From a bacterium (GTDB lineage: Bacteria; JACRDZ01; JAQUKH01), in NCBI GenBank assembly GCA_028719205.1, contig JAQUKH010000022.1:1-47700 (forward strand): a stretch of 47,700 nucleotides of DNA, in the 5' to 3' direction. The notes under the pieces were generated by a model. It saw nothing but the letters and a program-made list of their open reading frames with translations, was not told where the DNA came from and searched no databases. The position numbers and the translations under genes are program-made. Every line of letters starts with the position of its first letter. Within the stretch, counting starts at the first letter, position 1. Below, piece by piece: positions 37,066 to 45,907 of the stretch.

Positions 37066-38244
37066 ATGAAAAAGGAAGATATTAACACTCTAGTCGTCGA
37101 GGATAATCCCGGGGATCTCAGGCTGGTCTCTGAGATGCTTCGGGAGAGCCGCATACCGGTCTTTCGCGTTACACATGCCGGTACATTAGAGGATACGCTG
37201 AAGATACTTGGCAAGGAGAAACCGGATATCATATTGCTCGATCTGGATCTTCCTGACAGCTGCGGACTTGAGAGCTTAAGGGAGATTGTTAAGCTGGCGC
37301 CGTGGATTCCTATTGTTGTATTGACCGGTGTGGATGATGAAAATTTGGGGATCGAGGCAATACAGAACCAGGCCTCCGATTATCTGGTAAAAGGGAAAAT
37401 AAATGTAGGCATGCTTGTGCGAAGTATAAGATACTCCATGGAACGGAAGGTAATGGAAGAAGTTTTAAGAAGAGACAGGGAGATGCTGGAAAAGCTTGTA
37501 AATGAAAAAGCCCGGGAGCTTTTAAACGTTCAGAAAGGGATGGAACAAGCTAAACGCCTTACCGATATAGGCACGCTCGCGGCAACAGTCGCCCACGAAT
37601 TGCGCAATCCCCTGGCGGTGATAAACGTTGTATCCTATAATCTGAAGCGGAAAATAAATGATCCCGATCTTAAAAAGCAAATTCATATTATTGAAAATAA
37701 AGTAATGGAGAGTGATCAGATCATAAATAATCTCTTATTTTACTCCCGGTTGAGAAAACCCTTCTTTGAAAATGTTAATATTCAAAAAATACTCAGCGAG
37801 GTTATCGAGTTAATTAAATTCGATACGAAAAATATTAAAAAAGCCAGGATAACCGCGAAATGTGATCCCATAATGAATACTGCGTTTGAGGCCGATCCTT
37901 TACAGCTGAAAGAGCTTTTTATCAATATTGTGAACAATTCTTTTGACGCGCTAGCCGATAAAAAAGGCGCGATTGAAATTATTGCCAAGCCTGATATTAA
38001 TAAGAACGGCGCTTTAATTTATATTAAGGATAACGGATCAGGGATAGACAGTGAAAATTTAAGTAAGATCTGGGAACCGTTTTTTTCCACAAAGTCCAAG
38101 GGAACAGGGCTGGGATTGAGTGTGTGCCGTCAGATCATCCTTCTTCACAACGGGACTATAGATATAAAAAGTGAAAAGGGAAAGGGTACAACCGTGATCG
38201 TTGGATTACCATGTAAACAGATTTTTTTCAGGAATTCATCATAA
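37066..38244 (+). CDS. Hybrid REC-histidine kinase, paralog of 10717-12246 without PAS
   Basis: VVEDNPGD, AHELRNPL, STKSKGTGLGL. Confidence 0.9.
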   Translation: MKKEDINTLVVEDNPGDLRLVSEMLRESRIPVFRVTHAGTLEDTLKILGKEKPDIILLDLDLPDSCGLESLREIVKLAPWIPIVVLTGVDDENLGIEAIQNQASDYLVKGKINVGMLVRSIRYSMERKVMEEVLRRDREMLEKLVNEKARELLNVQKGMEQAKRLTDIGTLAATVAHELRNPLAVINVVSYNLKRKINDPDLKKQIHIIENKVMESDQIINNLLFYSRLRKPFFENVNIQKILSEVIELIKFDTKNIKKARITAKCDPIMNTAFEADPLQLKELFINIVNNSFDALADKKGAIEIIAKPDINKNGALIYIKDNGSGIDSENLSKIWEPFFSTKSKGTGLGLSVCRQIILLHNGTIDIKSEKGKGTTVIVGLPCKQIFFRNSS

Positions 38245-38264
38245 TTTAAAGAAATAATAAAACG

Positions 38265-38325
38265 GAAAAAAGTCAGAAGAAAGTGGCATTAGCCAATTCA
38301 CATTTTTCAGGAGAAAGCTTATTAT
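38265..38325 (+). promoter_or_regulatory. Island promoter module copy 10
   Basis: GAAAAAAGTCAGAAGAAAGTGG; TTCACA 38297-38302; 17 bp; TATTAT 38320-38325. Confidence 0.8.
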
Positions 38326-38395
38326 TAAACAATCTTAAACTTTGATCTTAAGCGGGGATCCTTAATTGTAATGTAAGTTCTGAAAGGAGGCAGTT

Positions 38396-38590
38396 ATGAG
38401 ATGTCCAGTTTGTAGAAACATGATTATTTCCACTGACGGCAATAAACAGAAATTAAGAAGTAGAATAATCATTTTCAGCCATCATAAAGCTATGGCTAAA
38501 TGCCAGACATGTAAGACGGATGTCGAGGTTCCTATTAGATTCAATCGTAGTTATGAATTAACAAATAATAATATTCTAAGGGCCAGCTAG
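38396..38590 (+). CDS. Small zinc-ribbon-like protein
   Basis: AAGGAGG RBS; CPVC and CQTC. Confidence 0.7.
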   Translation: MRCPVCRNMIISTDGNKQKLRSRIIIFSHHKAMAKCQTCKTDVEVPIRFNRSYELTNNNILRAS

Positions 38591-38647
38591 ATATAGATTA
38601 AATAGCTTTGTTATTTTTATGAACAATTAAATTAAAGGAGAAAAAGT

Positions 38648-39070
38648 ATGTGCGAAAGTTTAAAAAGGGTCAGTTGTGCTTTGGTTTTGTTGTTGTTAAC
38701 AGGTATAGCTTTTGCTGAAGTGAAAGAAGTGAAAATAGCCGGAGATGTTAAAAAAGGAAAAGCGTTATTTAATGATACCAAACTTGGTGGCGGCACGGCC
38801 GGTAAATCCTGCAATTCCTGCCATCCGGATGGCAAAGGCCTTGAGAATTTCATTGAACAGAAAGTAAGCGATTCTACTGGCAGCAAATTAAAAAGCGAAG
38901 AAGAAGCAGTTAACATGTGTGTTAAAAGCCCTATGAAAGGTGTAGGAATGGATATTAAAGGGGCTGATATGGCTAACGTTATTGCCTATATCAAGTCTTT
39001 AAAAAAGCCGGTAGAAAAATCTGGAAAAACCGAGGGTAAAAAGATAGATAAGTCTCAAAAGGCAAAATAA
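38648..39070 (+). CDS. Exported monoheme cytochrome c
   Basis: Signal peptide AFA-E; GKALF..CNSCH; PM distal ligand candidate. Confidence 0.85.
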   Translation: MCESLKRVSCALVLLLLTGIAFAEVKEVKIAGDVKKGKALFNDTKLGGGTAGKSCNSCHPDGKGLENFIEQKVSDSTGSKLKSEEEAVNMCVKSPMKGVGMDIKGADMANVIAYIKSLKKPVEKSGKTEGKKIDKSQKAK

Positions 39071-39123
39071 GCAGAAATATAAGGGAATAATAATCAGTAA
39101 CGAACCTGTAAAAAAACTTTAAT

Positions 39124-39165
39124 AAAACACAAGGCCGGGCTTAAATGCCCGGCCTTGTGTTTTTT
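39124..39165 (+). terminator. Rho-independent terminator, possibly bidirectional
   Basis: AAAACACAAGGCCGGGC-TTAAAT-GCCCGGCCTTGTGTTTT plus T run. Confidence 0.9.
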
Positions 39166-39203
39166 CACTGCAAGTCTAATACCAACCAATTTTAGAAAAA
39201 CTC

Positions 39204-39233
39204 TTGACTCTCATAATTATCAGTAGCTATAAT
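39204..39233 (+). promoter_or_regulatory. sigma70-like promoter
   Basis: TTGACT-18 bp-TATAAT. Confidence 0.6.
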
Positions 39234-39287
39234 AAACATGAATTTTACAATTTTTAAAATAACTCAAAACAAAAGAAAGGAAAACGT

Positions 39288-39605
39288 ATGTCCGAATTTA
39301 ATAATGTAACAATAGTTAAAAAAGCCAATGTTTATTTTGATGGCAAGGTTACAAGCCACACTGTTATTTTCCCTGATGGCAGTAAAAAGACATTGGGTGT
39401 AATGCTTCCGGGCGATTATACATTCAATACGGCGGATAAGGAAATAATGGAAATTTTTTCAGGTGACCTTCAAGTTTCCGCACCCGGAATTAGCGGTTGG
39501 AAAACGGTAAAAGGCGGAGAAGCTTTTGAAGTGCCGGCAAAATCCAAATTCAGCATGAAGGTAAAAAACCTTACAGACTATTGCTGCTCTTTTGTAAAAT
39601 CGTAA
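39288..39605 (+). CDS. ppnP: Pyrimidine/purine nucleoside phosphorylase (DUF1255)
   Basis: [30 protein letters not shown]. Confidence 0.9.
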   Translation: MSEFNNVTIVKKANVYFDGKVTSHTVIFPDGSKKTLGVMLPGDYTFNTADKEIMEIFSGDLQVSAPGISGWKTVKGGEAFEVPAKSKFSMKVKNLTDYCCSFVKS

Positions 39606-39614
39606 TTTAACCTC

Positions 39615-39643
39615 TTGACATTAATGGTGTAAGGTGATACCAT
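39615..39643 (+). promoter_or_regulatory. sigma70 promoter of fur-feo operon
   Basis: TTGACA-17 bp-TACCAT with TGn extension. Confidence 0.75.
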
Positions 39644-39649
39644 AAGTTT

Positions 39650-39672
39650 TAATTGAGAATCATTCTCAATTA
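39650..39672. promoter_or_regulatory. Fur box
   Basis: Perfect 11-1-11 palindrome TAATTGAGAAT-C-ATTCTCAATTA at the predicted start site upstream of fur. Confidence 0.88.
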
Positions 39673-39684
39673 GAAAAAAAGAAA

Positions 39685-40113
39685 ATGATCTCATATCTTG
39701 AAAAATTTAAGGAATATTTAAAGTCAAAAGGGTTGAAATTTACTCCTGAAAGAAAAATAATTCTGGAAGAAGTATTTTTAATACATACGCATTTTGACAG
39801 CGAAATACTTTATAAAAAGATATGCGGACGGACAAAAAAAATATCAAGGGCCACAATATACAGGACTTTACCGCTGCTGACAGATTCGGAACTTATTAAA
39901 GAGGTCTTGCAGCAGAATGGCAGGGCGTATTACGAACACATATTCGGGCATGGGCATCATGACCATTTACTTTGCGTTAAATGCGGAAGGGTGATCGAAT
40001 TTTATAATAAGAATATTGAAAAATTGCAGGAAAGGATCTGCAATGAATATGATTTCAGTCCCACGGACCATAAACTTGGGATCAGGGGATATTGCAAAAA
40101 GTGCAAAAAATGA
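39685..40113 (+). CDS. fur: Fur family regulator
   Basis: TPERKIIL, SRATIYRTL, HHDHLLCVKCG, GYCKKC. Confidence 0.9.
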   Translation: MISYLEKFKEYLKSKGLKFTPERKIILEEVFLIHTHFDSEILYKKICGRTKKISRATIYRTLPLLTDSELIKEVLQQNGRAYYEHIFGHGHHDHLLCVKCGRVIEFYNKNIEKLQERICNEYDFSPTDHKLGIRGYCKKCKK

Positions 40114-40724
40114 ATATTTTAGAAAAATTAATTAATATCTTAAAACCGGATAAAGCTTGCTCCTCATGTCCTCAGGCCAAATTTGGGGCTTGTCAAAAAT
40201 TAGCGGCTTCCCTGGAAGGGATAAAAAAAATCGCGGTTGTGGGAAGCCCTAATGTCGGGAAATCAATGACTTTTAATTGTTTAACGGGCGCTTATGCCAA
40301 TGTCTCGAATTATCCGGGGACCACGGTTGAGGTTTTCAGGGGAAAGACAATATTGAACGGAGAGGAATTTGAGATCATCGATACGCCCGGAATGTACTCT
40401 CTTATGCCGATAAGCGAAGAGGAACGGGTAGCGAGAAATATTTTATTGAATGAAAAACCTATCATTGTCCTTCATGTGGTCGACGCTAAAAATCTGGAAA
40501 GGATGCTTCCTTTTACTTTGCAATTGATCGAGGCAGGTCTTCCGGTAATTTTGGTTTTAAATATTATGGATGAGGCTGAACGGCTTGGAATAAAGATTAA
40601 TATTGAAGCCATGCAGCATGAATTAAAGGTTCCTGTGGTTGCTACCGTATCTGCCAGGGGAGAGGGAATAGATATTTTAAAAGGAAAGATGGAAGAATAT
40701 GTCAGAACAAAAATATGCGGATGA
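40110..40724 (+). CDS. feoB: FeoB N-terminal GTPase domain (separate gene)
   Basis: GSPNVGKS, NYPGTTV, DTPG, NIMD; ATGA overlap with fur. Confidence 0.88.
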   Translation: MNILEKLINILKPDKACSSCPQAKFGACQKLAASLEGIKKIAVVGSPNVGKSMTFNCLTGAYANVSNYPGTTVEVFRGKTILNGEEFEIIDTPGMYSLMPISEEERVARNILLNEKPIIVLHVVDAKNLERMLPFTLQLIEAGLPVILVLNIMDEAERLGIKINIEAMQHELKVPVVATVSARGEGIDILKGKMEEYVRTKICG

Positions 40725-42144
40725 TGTGTTAGGATCATCGTTTAAAAAAATAGAGCTAATGCTTCAAGCTGATTATGGTATATCCAAACACTCTATCGGA
40801 TCGTTACTGCTTCAGGGCGATGATGAGATAATTTCGCTTGTAAAATTGAAAGATCCTGAAAATTTTTCCAAAATCATGGAAGCGGTTAATTTTGCCAAAT
40901 CAAGTTATAATGACCCGCTTTCTTATATTATCGCGATACAGAACCAGGGGAAGGCAAATTATATTATTGAAAGAGCTATGGAATACGGGCCTTCAAAAGG
41001 TATTTCTTACAGGGAGAAAATAAGCAAAGTAATGATCGATCCGTTGACAGGAATACCTATCATGCTTTTAGTTCTTTATTACGGTATATATAAATTTGTA
41101 GGAGATTTTGGCGCGGGTGTGCTTGTGAATTTTATAGAGAATGGAATATTTATAAAATATATTAATCCTCTGGTAATAAAAATATTTATTAAAATTATTC
41201 CGTGGGAAGTTTTAAGGAGCCTGTTCACGGGAGAATATGGGATCATTACCTTAGGTGTAAGATACGCGGTTGCCTTGATTTTCCCGATTGTGACAACGTT
41301 TTTTATCGCTTTCGCTGTTATAGAAGATTCAGGGTATCTTCCACGCCTTGCGTTGTTGATAGACAGGTTATTTAAAAAAATAGGCCTTAGCGGAAGAGCG
41401 GTGATACCGATGGTTTTAGGACTTGGATGTGATACGATGGCTACAATGGTTACGCGCACTCTTCCAACGAAAAGGGAGAGGCTTATCGCGACAATTTTGC
41501 TGGCATTGGCAGTTCCATGTTCAGCACAGTTGGGTGTTATCTTATCTTTGCTTGAAGGAAATCCAAAAGGTTTATGGGTCTGGGTTGGTGTTATAACTTT
41601 AGTATTTGTTTTTGTAGGATTTGTTTCTTCGAAAATTCTGCCCGGAGAAGGGCCCTCTTTTTATATGGAGGTGCCGCCGCTCAGGCTTCCAAAGTTGTCG
41701 AATGTTTTTTTAAAAACATGGACCAGGGTTAAATGGTATTTTATAGAGATATTGCCTGTGTTCATTCTGGTAAGTGTTTTTATATGGATAGGCCAATTGA
41801 CCGGTATATTTAATTTTTTAACCATGCTCTTAACTTACCCGATCCGCTGGATAGGACTGCCTGATAAAACCGCTGTCGCGTTTTTGTTTGGATTTTTCAG
41901 AAGGGATTACGGCGCGGGCGGGCTTTATGATATTAAAAAGGCGGGATTATTTACAGGGAATCAGCTGGTAGTCGCGTGCATAACTTTGACACTGTTTTTG
42001 CCCTGTGTCGCGCAATTTTTAATGAACATAAAAGAAAGAGGCTGGCGCGCGGCGGTTGGAATATCGGTTTTTGTGCTTTTCTTTTCTTTTTCAGTCGGAT
42101 ATTTGGTGAATTTAGCATTTAATACTTTCGGGATTAATTTATAA
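40699..42144 (+). CDS. feoB: FeoB helical and membrane domain (separate gene)
   Basis: EDSGYLPR, LGLGC, PCSAQ, FYMEVPPLRLP, LPCVA. Confidence 0.88.
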   Translation: MSEQKYADDVLGSSFKKIELMLQADYGISKHSIGSLLLQGDDEIISLVKLKDPENFSKIMEAVNFAKSSYNDPLSYIIAIQNQGKANYIIERAMEYGPSKGISYREKISKVMIDPLTGIPIMLLVLYYGIYKFVGDFGAGVLVNFIENGIFIKYINPLVIKIFIKIIPWEVLRSLFTGEYGIITLGVRYAVALIFPIVTTFFIAFAVIEDSGYLPRLALLIDRLFKKIGLSGRAVIPMVLGLGCDTMATMVTRTLPTKRERLIATILLALAVPCSAQLGVILSLLEGNPKGLWVWVGVITLVFVFVGFVSSKILPGEGPSFYMEVPPLRLPKLSNVFLKTWTRVKWYFIEILPVFILVSVFIWIGQLTGIFNFLTMLLTYPIRWIGLPDKTAVAFLFGFFRRDYGAGGLYDIKKAGLFTGNQLVVACITLTLFLPCVAQFLMNIKERGWRAAVGISVFVLFFSFSVGYLVNLAFNTFGINL

Positions 42145-42157
42145 AGGGAGATTAGAG

Positions 42158-42799
42158 ATGAAATTAAATGAGAGGGCCGAAGAGATACTTGAAACATTAT
42201 GGGTTAATAATGAAAAAAGCCCCGGGGAATGGATGGATCTGGGATTAGCAAAGGATAATCCTGAAATTGATGAACTTTTAAAACTTGGTTACATTAAATT
42301 GATAAATAACAGGCTGAGTTTATCAGATAAAGGTATGATTGAAGGACGGAAGATCATTCGCAGGCACAGGCTCGCGGAACGGTTATTTACGGATGTTTTG
42401 GATATAAAGGAAAAACTTGTTCATCCTGTAAGCTGTCAATTTGAACACCTGCTCCAGGAGGGCATAGAAGATGATATTTGTGTACTTCTCGGGCATCCTA
42501 AAACCTGCCCTCATGGCAAATCCATTCCTCCGGGTGAATGCTGCCGGAAATCTCAAAAAGATATAAAAAAGATAATTTCCGTGCTTTCAGAGATGGACGT
42601 AAACCAGAAAGGCAAGGTGGCGTATATTTATACAAAAGATAATCCTACCCTCCAAAAGGTTATGGCTATGGGGGTTTTGCCGGGGATGGCAATAAATTTA
42701 GTCCAGAAATATCCTTCCTATGTTTTTCAGGTCGGCCAGTCCCAGTTCGCGGTTGATAAAGAAATCGCGTCGGTAATTTATGTAAGGATAACAAAATAG
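42158..42799 (+). CDS. DtxR/MntR-like metal regulator with C-terminal FeoA domain
   Basis: IRRHRLAERLF, CQFEH, HPKTCPHG; MGVLPG FeoA-like tail. Confidence 0.85.
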   Translation: MKLNERAEEILETLWVNNEKSPGEWMDLGLAKDNPEIDELLKLGYIKLINNRLSLSDKGMIEGRKIIRRHRLAERLFTDVLDIKEKLVHPVSCQFEHLLQEGIEDDICVLLGHPKTCPHGKSIPPGECCRKSQKDIKKIISVLSEMDVNQKGKVAYIYTKDNPTLQKVMAMGVLPGMAINLVQKYPSYVFQVGQSQFAVDKEIASVIYVRITK

Positions 42800-42825
42800 A
42801 ACGCCCCATACAATAAAATTAAATT

Positions 42826-43608
42826 ATGTTAAAAAAATATCTGTATCTTATTTGCCTTTCTTTTCTAATTTTCACCTTACCCCAATGCAGTCAAAAAGAA
42901 TATCCGGTTAAAAACATAATAGACGGCGATACGATTGAACTTGAAAATGGTGAAAAAATAAGATATATCGGTTTGGATACACCGGAGACGCGAATTAAAC
43001 AAAAGGATGGAACATGGCTTTACCAGCCGCAGGCTTATGCTGAGAAGGCAAAGGAATTTAATCGAAAACTCGTTGAAGGAAAAAGGATCAGATTAGAATA
43101 TGATATGGTTCAAAAAGATAAATATAACAGGTCGTTAGCTTATGTATTTGCCGGAGATACCTTTGTAAATGCTGAATTGATCAGGCAGGGATACGCGTTG
43201 CTGTTTACGATGCCGCCTAATGTAAAATATATCGATCATTTTATTAAATTGCAGAAAGAGGCGCGGGAGAATAAAAGAGGCTTGTGGAGCGAAATTAATG
43301 ATGAACCTGTTTTTCCTGAAAATGCTCATAATTATGCTGGCAAAGTAATATACATTAAAGGTAAAGTTCTAGATGTATATGAAGGCAGGAATATAGTTAT
43401 ATTAAATTTCGGAAAAAATAAAAAGGATTTCAAGGCGGTTATTTTTAAAAATAACTTGACGCTTTTCATAAATAGGGATATATACCCCGTTAAGGGTTAT
43501 CTTTCAAAACAAGTCAGGATCTATGGTAAAATTAAAATGTATAAAGACGCGCCTGAAATAATTCTCGATGTTCCTGATCAGATCGAGATAATGCCGGATT
43601 TAGATTGA
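42826..43608 (+). CDS. Thermonuclease (SNase-like) with C-terminal OB-like domain, exported
   Basis: IDGDTI, IRYIGLDTPE, DKYNRSLAYV, RGLW. Confidence 0.88.
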   Translation: MLKKYLYLICLSFLIFTLPQCSQKEYPVKNIIDGDTIELENGEKIRYIGLDTPETRIKQKDGTWLYQPQAYAEKAKEFNRKLVEGKRIRLEYDMVQKDKYNRSLAYVFAGDTFVNAELIRQGYALLFTMPPNVKYIDHFIKLQKEARENKRGLWSEINDEPVFPENAHNYAGKVIYIKGKVLDVYEGRNIVILNFGKNKKDFKAVIFKNNLTLFINRDIYPVKGYLSKQVRIYGKIKMYKDAPEIILDVPDQIEIMPDLD

Positions 43609-43691
43609 TTTTAATTAAAAAAATTGTTATTATAATTAAGTTTAATTAAGCCGATATATTCTCTTATTCGTTAAAAAAAGAAGGAGGAGTT

Positions 43692-44558
43692 ATGAAAAAT
43701 AGTTTTAAAAAGTATTTGGTTGGTTTGAGTGTTTTTGTTTTGATGATCGGCTTGAGTTGCAGTAAGAGGGAAAGTGATACTGTAAATGCGAATCCGGCGG
43801 CGAATAGTTCATACACTAACGCGCAATCCACTCTTACGGCTTTGGGCTTGGCAATAAGTATTCCCACAATAGGAGATTTTGCGGATACTACAGGCACGAA
43901 TACTGCGGCATTGACATCAGTATTTAGCGGTAATGATAGTAAAACAGCAAATTTTGATTCGACCAAATTTTCAGGTTTGGAATCAGCTATCTCTGAGCTG
44001 GAAAATTCATTAGCTTCATATACAGCCGCGCCAAAAAGCAATTTGTCTCTTTCTCCAAGTTTGGTAACGCAATCATGGCAGAATTCGGATCTTGCTTATG
44101 TCCATTTCATATTAGGCTATTATTATACAGTGCACGCGGTTTTAAAATTGCGGGTTTTTATCGGGAATGTAATTCGAATTGTGGGATCACGATATGAGTT
44201 AGATTGGGATGCTGCCACGTTAAATGGTATAGGGGATAGTGGAAGACAGGCTGTTCTTGATGCCTACTTTATGTTAAATGGAGTAAGATATCAAGTTAGT
44301 AATAGTGCGGGAACAGGGAAGATTTATGCTAACAAAAGTTTACCGGCGGGTGCAGTAAAACTTGATTTACTGACAGGAACAAATGGTAATGAAAGCGCTT
44401 CATATCATTTAGATATGGCTATATATTATGGCGGGCAGGTATTCCCTCAGCTAAAAACTGCTTTAGAAAAACTTAAAAGTGATAGTTTTAAGACGTTTTT
44501 TGATGAGATAGCTTCTAAAATGACAGCTCTTGGGATAACTGAACTTGCAACTAATTAA
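43692..44558 (+). CDS. Hypothetical lipoprotein
   Basis: AAGGAGG RBS; lipobox GLSC. Confidence 0.7.
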   Translation: MKNSFKKYLVGLSVFVLMIGLSCSKRESDTVNANPAANSSYTNAQSTLTALGLAISIPTIGDFADTTGTNTAALTSVFSGNDSKTANFDSTKFSGLESAISELENSLASYTAAPKSNLSLSPSLVTQSWQNSDLAYVHFILGYYYTVHAVLKLRVFIGNVIRIVGSRYELDWDAATLNGIGDSGRQAVLDAYFMLNGVRYQVSNSAGTGKIYANKSLPAGAVKLDLLTGTNGNESASYHLDMAIYYGGQVFPQLKTALEKLKSDSFKTFFDEIASKMTALGITELATN

Positions 44559-44615
44559 ATAGCGTCTTCAGTATAGGCGGCCCTTTGGTCCGGCCAAAAA
44601 GGAGGATACATACTA

Positions 44616-45860
44616 ATGTTTAATAAACGCCTGTTGTTTTTTGTTTTAGCCTCAATTAGTTTTATATTTACTTTATCCGCTTACGCGACTGAAAATCTTT
44701 TTTATCGCGGTATGCGCCCGATGAGTATGGGCGGCGCGTTTACAGCGATAGCTGATGATGAATATGGAAGAAATTGGAACCCCGCGGGAATGATGTTTTT
44801 GCCGGGGATGAATCTTTCATTTCAACTTTATGGCAGGGGGACGCAGGATACCATTAATATGGTTACAGATTCAATTGATCTCGCGAAAGAGATTCAAAAA
44901 CCTGCTAACAAAGGTAAAGAATTAACGCTTCCTGAAACCCAGACACTTTTGAATAATTTCGCGGGGAACAAAATCGGGCTTCGTATAGGCGCGGATCTGG
45001 ATATGGTCCTGCCTAAGATAAGAAAGAAGAAAATGACTTTTGGTTTTGGAGCGTATGCTGATGCAAAAAGCAATCTCTGGATCAGAGAACAAGGTTTGCC
45101 GATCGGGTTTCCTTTGGGCTTAGTTAATGACCAGGTGTTATATGAAATAACAGCGGATATTGTGCCGTCTTTTTCAGGCGCGTATAGGTTCGAAAATGTT
45201 GTGCCGACATTTGACAAAGGTGGTAAAAGGGATTTATCCGTTGGTTTGACGGTAAAATATGTCAACAGGATCAAGGCGTCAAATGAAAAAAATCCATATA
45301 CTTTTCAGGAATTGTTTAATGGATACCGCGGTAATGATTCTACCCAAACAATAGATTTCGCGAAGGACATTGATCTGGATACCAGAGGAAGTTCTATAGG
45401 GTTTGATATTGGCGCCTTAACCAGTTTAACTGATTATTTGCGTCTTGGTATGACCATTCATGATATCGGCGGGACAAATATTTCATATAATACGACAAGC
45501 ATAACAAACGATAAAATTCCCATGAATGTGCGTATCGGTACTGCTTTATATCCTCTAAAATATTTGCGCCCCGATTCACAGAATAAATTTTTTAATGTAA
45601 TACTTTCAGCGGATCTGGATAATTTAAACGGCGATTCAGGGAGGAGCTCCAGTTTATCGGATAAGCTTCATCTGGGCGCGGAAATGCAATTCTCTTTGTT
45701 TAAAAATTTCTTGTTTGTTCAGCTTAGAGGAGGCAGTAACCAGGGGTTTCCGACTTATGGTGTTACTCTTCATGGCCTTTGGATATTCCAGCTTGATTAT
45801 ACCGTTTATGGTGATGAATTTGCCGATTATCAGAACGCCGCATTCTCAATTGTATTCTAA
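44616..45860 (+). CDS. Outer-membrane beta-barrel (TraF/FadL-like N-terminus)
   Basis: RPMSMGGAFTAIADD..WNPAG; amphipathic strands; terminal Phe. Confidence 0.7.
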   Translation: MFNKRLLFFVLASISFIFTLSAYATENLFYRGMRPMSMGGAFTAIADDEYGRNWNPAGMMFLPGMNLSFQLYGRGTQDTINMVTDSIDLAKEIQKPANKGKELTLPETQTLLNNFAGNKIGLRIGADLDMVLPKIRKKKMTFGFGAYADAKSNLWIREQGLPIGFPLGLVNDQVLYEITADIVPSFSGAYRFENVVPTFDKGGKRDLSVGLTVKYVNRIKASNEKNPYTFQELFNGYRGNDSTQTIDFAKDIDLDTRGSSIGFDIGALTSLTDYLRLGMTIHDIGGTNISYNTTSITNDKIPMNVRIGTALYPLKYLRPDSQNKFFNVILSADLDNLNGDSGRSSSLSDKLHLGAEMQFSLFKNFLFVQLRGGSNQGFPTYGVTLHGLWIFQLDYTVYGDEFADYQNAAFSIVF

Positions 45861-45862
45861 TA

Positions 45863-45907
45863 CACCACCCCTTAATCCCCTCCTTATGAAGGAGGGGAGA
45901 GGGGAGG
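45863..45907. repeat. C-rich/G-rich REP-like hairpin between convergent genes
   Basis: TCCCCTCCTT-ATG-AAGGAGGGGA stem with flanking CCCC/GGGG tracts. Confidence 0.55.

Noticed and set aside
1645-38325. Repeated module as CRISPR repeats or integron attC sites
   Set aside because: Copies are 0.7-9 kb apart, degenerate and non-palindromic, lack GTTRRRY/RYYYAAC ends, and no cas or integrase is in the window; fixed -35/-10 spacing fits promoters
44616-45860. Conjugation gene (TraF-like) implying an ICE
   Set aside because: No other T4SS, relaxase or integrase genes; generic barrel family next to lptFG
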